A stretch of DNA of 64,000 nucleotides from Lama guanicoe (lineage: Eukaryota): assembly GCA_013239625.1 (NCBI GenBank), contig MU054391.1, positions 5,229,824 to 5,293,823 of the forward strand. The letters are read 5' to 3'. The notes under the pieces were generated by a model. The model searched no databases. It worked only from the letters and a program-made list of their open reading frames with translations, and was not told the DNA's origin. The translations under genes were made by a program, and so were the position numbers. Positions 62,461-64,000 of the stretch are shown here, one piece after another. Positions within the stretch are counted from its first letter, which is position 1. Each line of letters begins with the position of its first letter.

Positions 62461-62967
62461 CCTTGACTCTGCCTCTTTGCACGTGCTGGTCCGCCCCACA
62501 TACATGCTGGAGGGCACTTGCCCCCACAGGGGAAGGAGCAACCAGCTGCTTGAGAAGGTCAGAAGGCCCTCAGAGAAGATGACAGTGGAGCTGAGTCCGG
62601 GGGATGAGTATGAAATTGCCCGCCAGGCAGACCAGATTGGGAGGAACCAGGAGATTGGAACTCCCGCCTGGAGGAAGAGCTTTGCCTCCAGGCTTAGCCC
62701 CAGCTTCCACGAGGGGAGGGGAGGGTGCAGGGGAGGTGACTAGAACCAGACAGTGCTGGTGGGGTTCCCCAGGCTGGAGGCTGGAAAATGAAGGCTTCTT
62801 ATAGAAAACAGTGGAGGATACAAAATCAAGGAGGATGTTTGCCAGGAGGTCACAGAAGCCAAGAACAGGAGTGCCAGGGATAGAAGAGCAGAAAATGGGG
62901 CAGGAACACAGCAGCAGCCCCACGTCGCCACCTGAGGCAAGTGCTCCCAGCATGGATGATTTTTAAT

Positions 62968-63195
62968 CAATTTTCTTTTAATTGAAGTATAGTTGATGTA
63001 CAATGTTGTGTTAATTTCTGGTGTACAGCATAGCGATTCATTTATACACATATATACACATACTCCTTTTCATATTCTTTTTCATTATAGACCATTACCA
63101 GGTATTGAATATAGCTCTCTGTGCTGTACAGTAGGACCTGGTTGTTTATCTATTCTATACAGTAGTTTGTATCTGCAAATCCTGAACTCCCAACC
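62968..63195 (-). mobile_element. Short younger LINE-1 3' end
   Basis: ttaattgaagtatagttg...gtagtttgtatctgcaaatcctgaactccc; closely similar to 23828-24094 and to the 3' part of 18606-19147. Confidence 0.9.
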
Positions 63196-63249
63196 CTGTG
63201 GTCTCTTCCTTCGCTAAAATGAGTGGGCTCCACGTCAGTCTCCGATCAC

Positions 63250-63520
63250 TTGGGAAACACATGGAAGGCAGTGGTCCTCTCATTTCTGTTTCCCCGGCAC
63301 GCAGTGGGCCTGGCACACAGAGGTAGTCAGGACTCAGTAATAACACAACTTTCTGAAGCACTGAAACTATGCGCCAGGCATCGTGCTGAGCGCTATACAA
63401 GCAGGATTGCGACCTCACAGCCCTACGTGGTTGGTACTTTAATATCTTCCTTTTGTGGGTGAAGAAATTTGAGACTTCAAGAAATCAGGTGAGGGGTCCA
63501 AGACCACACAGCTAGTGAGC
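63250..63520. mobile_element. L2 3' end plus MIR fragment
   Basis: gcctggcacacagaggtag...ctcagtaa (L2, sense); gaagaaatttgagac...ccaagaccacacagctagt (MIR, antisense). Confidence 0.6.
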
Positions 63521-64000
63521 AGCGCTCAATGAGTAACCTAAAGCAAGGACGAATGCTTCCGACGGTGAAGTTCGTGCCAAGCAGAGCTACTGCCCCGAGC
63601 AGCCTTCCCTGGTGCAAAGTCAGGCTGAAATTACTAACTCTTCTCCACGGTTGCTGATCCTTTCGTTAATGTGAGTTTCAGGAGCCAGGAGGTTGAGTTG
63701 GTATTGACAGCATCCATGCACTTCTGCCGCGTGCCCTCCAGATCAGACTGGCTTTTATGGATCTAAATGTGCAAAGACACTGCCCTCGCTGGGAATGGTT
63801 GCTCTTACAGCTGAGGAGCAGCCAGGGCTCAGGGCTGACCAGGCTCCAGCACCAGCTGGGAGAAGAGTCCGGGGGACCCCTTGTCCAGCTTGTTTGCCGC
63901 TCCTGAAGCTCTGCTGGTGGCTTGCTGGGAAGTTAGGGGGGTTCCCCGGTCCTTTGTGCTGTGCTGCCTGAGAGACATCAGGCTGAGTCTCTCCTGGGGA

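Noticed and set aside
1..64000. ORF track entries as real protein-coding genes (e.g. 24150-24737, 27278-27844, 28067-28648, 16936-17481)
   Set aside because: All are under 200 aa, overlap in multiple frames in GC-rich DNA, often use non-ATG starts and show no recognisable domain. Those with recognisable text are L1 remnants or simple repeats.

Overview
This is repeat-dense mammalian genomic DNA, most likely from a camelid (alpaca, llama or camel). The evidence is three copies of a tRNA-derived SINE matching the camelid Vic-1 type and relatively well-preserved L1 3' ends. I recognise no protein-coding gene. The ORF track is explained by chance ORFs, L1 remnants and simple repeats, so the window looks intergenic or deeply intronic. 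The first ~24 kb is AT-richer and dense in L1 and LTR elements, including a tight cluster of LTRs at 5.3-8.6 kb and a TSD-flanked, 3'-truncated U6 snRNA retrocopy at 9.1 kb. The rest is GC-richer with many MIR and L2 elements. It contains candidate regulatory DNA: a CpG-rich patch and TGACA/T-box motif cluster near 35 kb, and three good CTCF motifs at 52-57 kb. Repeat subfamily names come from recalled consensus sequences, and boundaries without TSDs are approximate. I found no convincing novel biological system; the findings are modest, testable hypotheses.
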